Shown here in pieces: positions 49,517-51,830 of a DNA stretch of 51,830 nucleotides. Below the pieces are notes generated by a model. That model saw only the letters and a program-made list of their open reading frames with translations, searched no databases and was not told where the DNA came from. Source of the DNA: Ignavibacteria bacterium (lineage in GTDB: Bacteria > Bacteroidota > Ignavibacteria > UBA10030 > UBA6906); NCBI GenBank assembly GCA_040290295.1, contig PSMW01000004.1, positions 86,168-137,997 of the forward strand, written 5' to 3'. Positions within the stretch are counted from its first letter, which is position 1. Every line of letters starts with the position of its first letter. A program made the position numbers and the translations under genes.

Positions 49517-50936
49517 TCCGAAGGAATTCAAGGCTCACATGCCTTATCCTCCATTAGGCACGCTCTACGCAGCCAGTGCCGCACGGGCACGTGGGTATGA
49601 CGTCGCTCTTGCCGACAGCATGCTCGCGGAGTCACCTCTCCATATCCTCTCAGCGTTGAAACGCCATCGTCCAAAGGTGCTTGTCATCTACGACGACGAT
49701 TTCAGTTATCTCACCAAAATGTGCCTGACCACCATGCGGCACGCAGCATTCACCATGAGTGAACTTGCGGCAGCAGAGGGATGTATTGTCGTCGTTCACG
49801 GCTCTGATGCCGCAGACCATGTGGAGGCCTACCTCGACCACAAAGCACAATTTGTTCTCTGTGGCGAAGCTGAGGAGACATTGGTGGAATTGTTGGATTG
49901 CCTTTTCCGCTCGCAAGGTTCGTTCGAGGAGATTCCTGGCTTGGCATTTCGTGAGGACGGGACAATGCGTCGGACAGCGCCGCGCAAGCCGCTACAACAA
50001 CTCGATACGTTACCATTCCCGGCATGGGATCTTGTCGATATCGAAGCGTATCGCGACATGTGGGTGCGCTCTCATGGATACTTCTCACTCAACATGGTAA
50101 CAACGCGCGGATGCCCGTTTCATTGCAACTGGTGTGCAAAGCCGATCTATGGACAGGTGTACAACACGCGTTCGCCTGCCAACGTCGTCGAAGAAATGCT
50201 CATGCTCAAACGCCGATTTCGACCCGATCACCTGTGGTTCTGTGATGATATTTTCGGACTGAAACCTGGTTGGGTGGAAGCCTTCAGCGATGAAGTGCAT
50301 GCACGTGAAGCGGTTATTCCATTCAAGTGTTTGGCGCGTGTGGATTTGTTGTTGCGCGGCAATACGATCGATGCCCTGCAGAGTGCAGGCTGCAAGACGG
50401 TATGGGTCGGAGCTGAATCCGGCGCACAATCAATCCTCGACGCTATGGAAAAAGGAACCACCGTCGAACAAATCTACGAGGCAACACGACGACTGAAGGC
50501 TGCCGGCATTCGCGTCGGATTCTTCCTGCAATACGGGTATCCCGGCGAAACACACGCGGACATCGACGCGACTCTCCGCATGCTGCACGATTGCCTCCCT
50601 GATGAAATCGGCGTATCGGTTTCGTATCCCCTACCGGGGACGAAGTTCTATGAACGCGTCAAGGCTCAGCTTGACGAGAAGCGGAACTGGATCGATAGTG
50701 CCGACCTCGACACCCTGTATCGCGGAACGTATTCACCCGAGTTCTACCGTTCGCTGCATACCATGACACACAAGAAACTACGCGTATGGCAAACGTATCA
50801 CCTTCTCAAGCAATTGATGCTGAAACCGTGGCGTGCTAACGCGCCCGCGTTCCGAACAATGGCAGCCGGCATCTACCACCTCGTGACGCTCCCTGCCGTC
50901 ACGCGCAACGTCCACCGTCTCGCACAGTCAACGTAA
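49476..50936 (+). CDS. Cobalamin-binding radical SAM protein
   Basis: PPLG B12 domain, TRGCPFHCNWC, DDIF, GAESG, GYPGET, PLPGT. Confidence 0.93.
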   Translation: MDVLFTHSYFLRFDPKEFKAHMPYPPLGTLYAASAARARGYDVALADSMLAESPLHILSALKRHRPKVLVIYDDDFSYLTKMCLTTMRHAAFTMSELAAAEGCIVVVHGSDAADHVEAYLDHKAQFVLCGEAEETLVELLDCLFRSQGSFEEIPGLAFREDGTMRRTAPRKPLQQLDTLPFPAWDLVDIEAYRDMWVRSHGYFSLNMVTTRGCPFHCNWCAKPIYGQVYNTRSPANVVEEMLMLKRRFRPDHLWFCDDIFGLKPGWVEAFSDEVHAREAVIPFKCLARVDLLLRGNTIDALQSAGCKTVWVGAESGAQSILDAMEKGTTVEQIYEATRRLKAAGIRVGFFLQYGYPGETHADIDATLRMLHDCLPDEIGVSVSYPLPGTKFYERVKAQLDEKRNWIDSADLDTLYRGTYSPEFYRSLHTMTHKKLRVWQTYHLLKQLMLKPWRANAPAFRTMAAGIYHLVTLPAVTRNVHRLAQST

Positions 50937-50939
50937 GTG

Positions 50940-51440
50940 ATGACTCAATATCTTCTCACATACTTCGCCTCGGAAAAACTTGCCAGCGCTTTCCTCTGTC
51001 TGTTCGGTGCTGCGTCGCTTGGATTTGCCACACACCTCTATACATCCCAAACTCTATTCCGAGGCATGATGTATCCCTTGTTGTTGTTCGGACTCATACA
51101 ACTGACGGTCGGCTCAGCGGTGTATATCAGAACCGATAAGCAGGTCTTGCAGCTACGCGAGCACATGCACAACGCACCTGTCGATTTTCGTTCTGCCGAA
51201 CTCGCGCGCATGCAACGAGTGTCGGAATTCTTAGCACTGTACAACGCCATGGAGATCCTCGTGCTCGCTGCAGGAATCGGACTGACCCTGCTCTTCAGAC
51301 ACCAGATGCTGTGGTTTTCTATCGGTGTGGGGATGATCATCGAAGCAGCGCTCCTGCTGGTGTTCGATCTCTTCGCAGAAAAGCGAGCGGATATCTACAT
51401 CATGCGCTTGCAAGAGTTCATCCCGTTGCTGGCACAGTGA
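50940..51440 (+). CDS. Four-TM hypothetical membrane protein
   Basis: Four hydrophobic segments in two hairpins; start 50937 or 50940. Confidence 0.7.
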   Translation: MTQYLLTYFASEKLASAFLCLFGAASLGFATHLYTSQTLFRGMMYPLLLFGLIQLTVGSAVYIRTDKQVLQLREHMHNAPVDFRSAELARMQRVSEFLALYNAMEILVLAAGIGLTLLFRHQMLWFSIGVGMIIEAALLLVFDLFAEKRADIYIMRLQEFIPLLAQ

Positions 51441-51479
51441 ATCAACGTTCTCGAGCAACTTCTCATGACGCAATTGTGA

Positions 51480-51830
51480 ATGGATATTCTGCTGACACAT
51501 GCCTATTTCCTTTGCGAGGATGATGCCGAGCAGCGCGTGATGAAGCCGTATCCCACGCTCGGCATTCTCTATCTCTCATCGTATCTCAAATCAAGGGGAT
51601 ACGCTGTTGACGTGTTCGACACGACGTTCTCTACACGAGCAGCATTGTATCGGCACATCGAATCGACAAGCCCACCGGTTGTCGGCATTTCCATCAATCT
51701 CATGACAAGGAAGAGTGCTGTGGAAGTGATCCGATTCTGCAAGCGACTCGGCTGTCTTGTGGTTGTCGGTGGACCCGAAGTCCCCCACTATGCCGAGGAG
51801 TTTCTTCGCTGCGGTGCCGATGTGGCGGTC
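51480..51830 (+). CDS. Second cobalamin-binding radical SAM paralog, 5' part (cut by the window edge)
   Basis: Translated by hand: MDILLTHAYFLCEDDAEQRVMKPYPTLGILYLSSYLK...VVGGP, clearly similar to the 49476 N-terminus. Confidence 0.85.
   Translation, partial: MDILLTHAYFLCEDDAEQRVMKPYPTLGILYLSSYLKSRGYAVDVFDTTFSTRAALYRHIESTSPPVVGISINLMTRKSAVEVIRFCKRLGCLVVVGGPEVPHYAEEFLRCGADVAV

Noticed and set aside
49476-50936. Calling the radical SAM protein BchE (phototrophy)
   Set aside because: The domain architecture is shared by many enzymes, and no photosynthesis genes are in the window.

Overview
About 52 kb of gene-dense core chromosome, most likely from an Ignavibacteria/Chlorobi-line bacterium. 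That assignment is an inference from canonical TTGnnn-N17-TAnnnT promoters, a Chlorobi-type Rieske plus unsplit cytochrome b, and a PASTA-rpe gene pair. Housekeeping content: xseAB, dxs, ribD/ribE, secG, tRNA-Lys(CTT), ygfZ-like, tmRNA (tag ANYNYALAA), dapF, a yqeY-mutS2-accC-BCCP-purL operon, a TetR-TolC-MFP-RND efflux operon, apt, mgsA and rpe. I saw no integrase, transposase, phage gene or CRISPR array. Main observations: (1) among about 55 otherwise intact genes, the three nitrogen-handling genes are all broken (glnA frameshift, amtB frameshift, tnaA in-frame TAA); (2) the amtB break falls at the junction of the channel's two pseudo-symmetric halves and leaves a TGATG stop/start overlap; (3) an unannotated ~110-nt promoter / 19-nt-periodic repeat / strong terminator leader precedes yqeY; (4) the Rieske/cyt b pair has no cytochrome c, only a possible membrane-anchor remnant; (5) a YD-repeat protein has an in-frame TGA just before its apparent natural end; (6) the right edge holds the start of an uncharacterised nucleotidyltransferase plus tandem B12-radical-SAM cluster. 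All calls come from motif recognition by eye; no searches were run.
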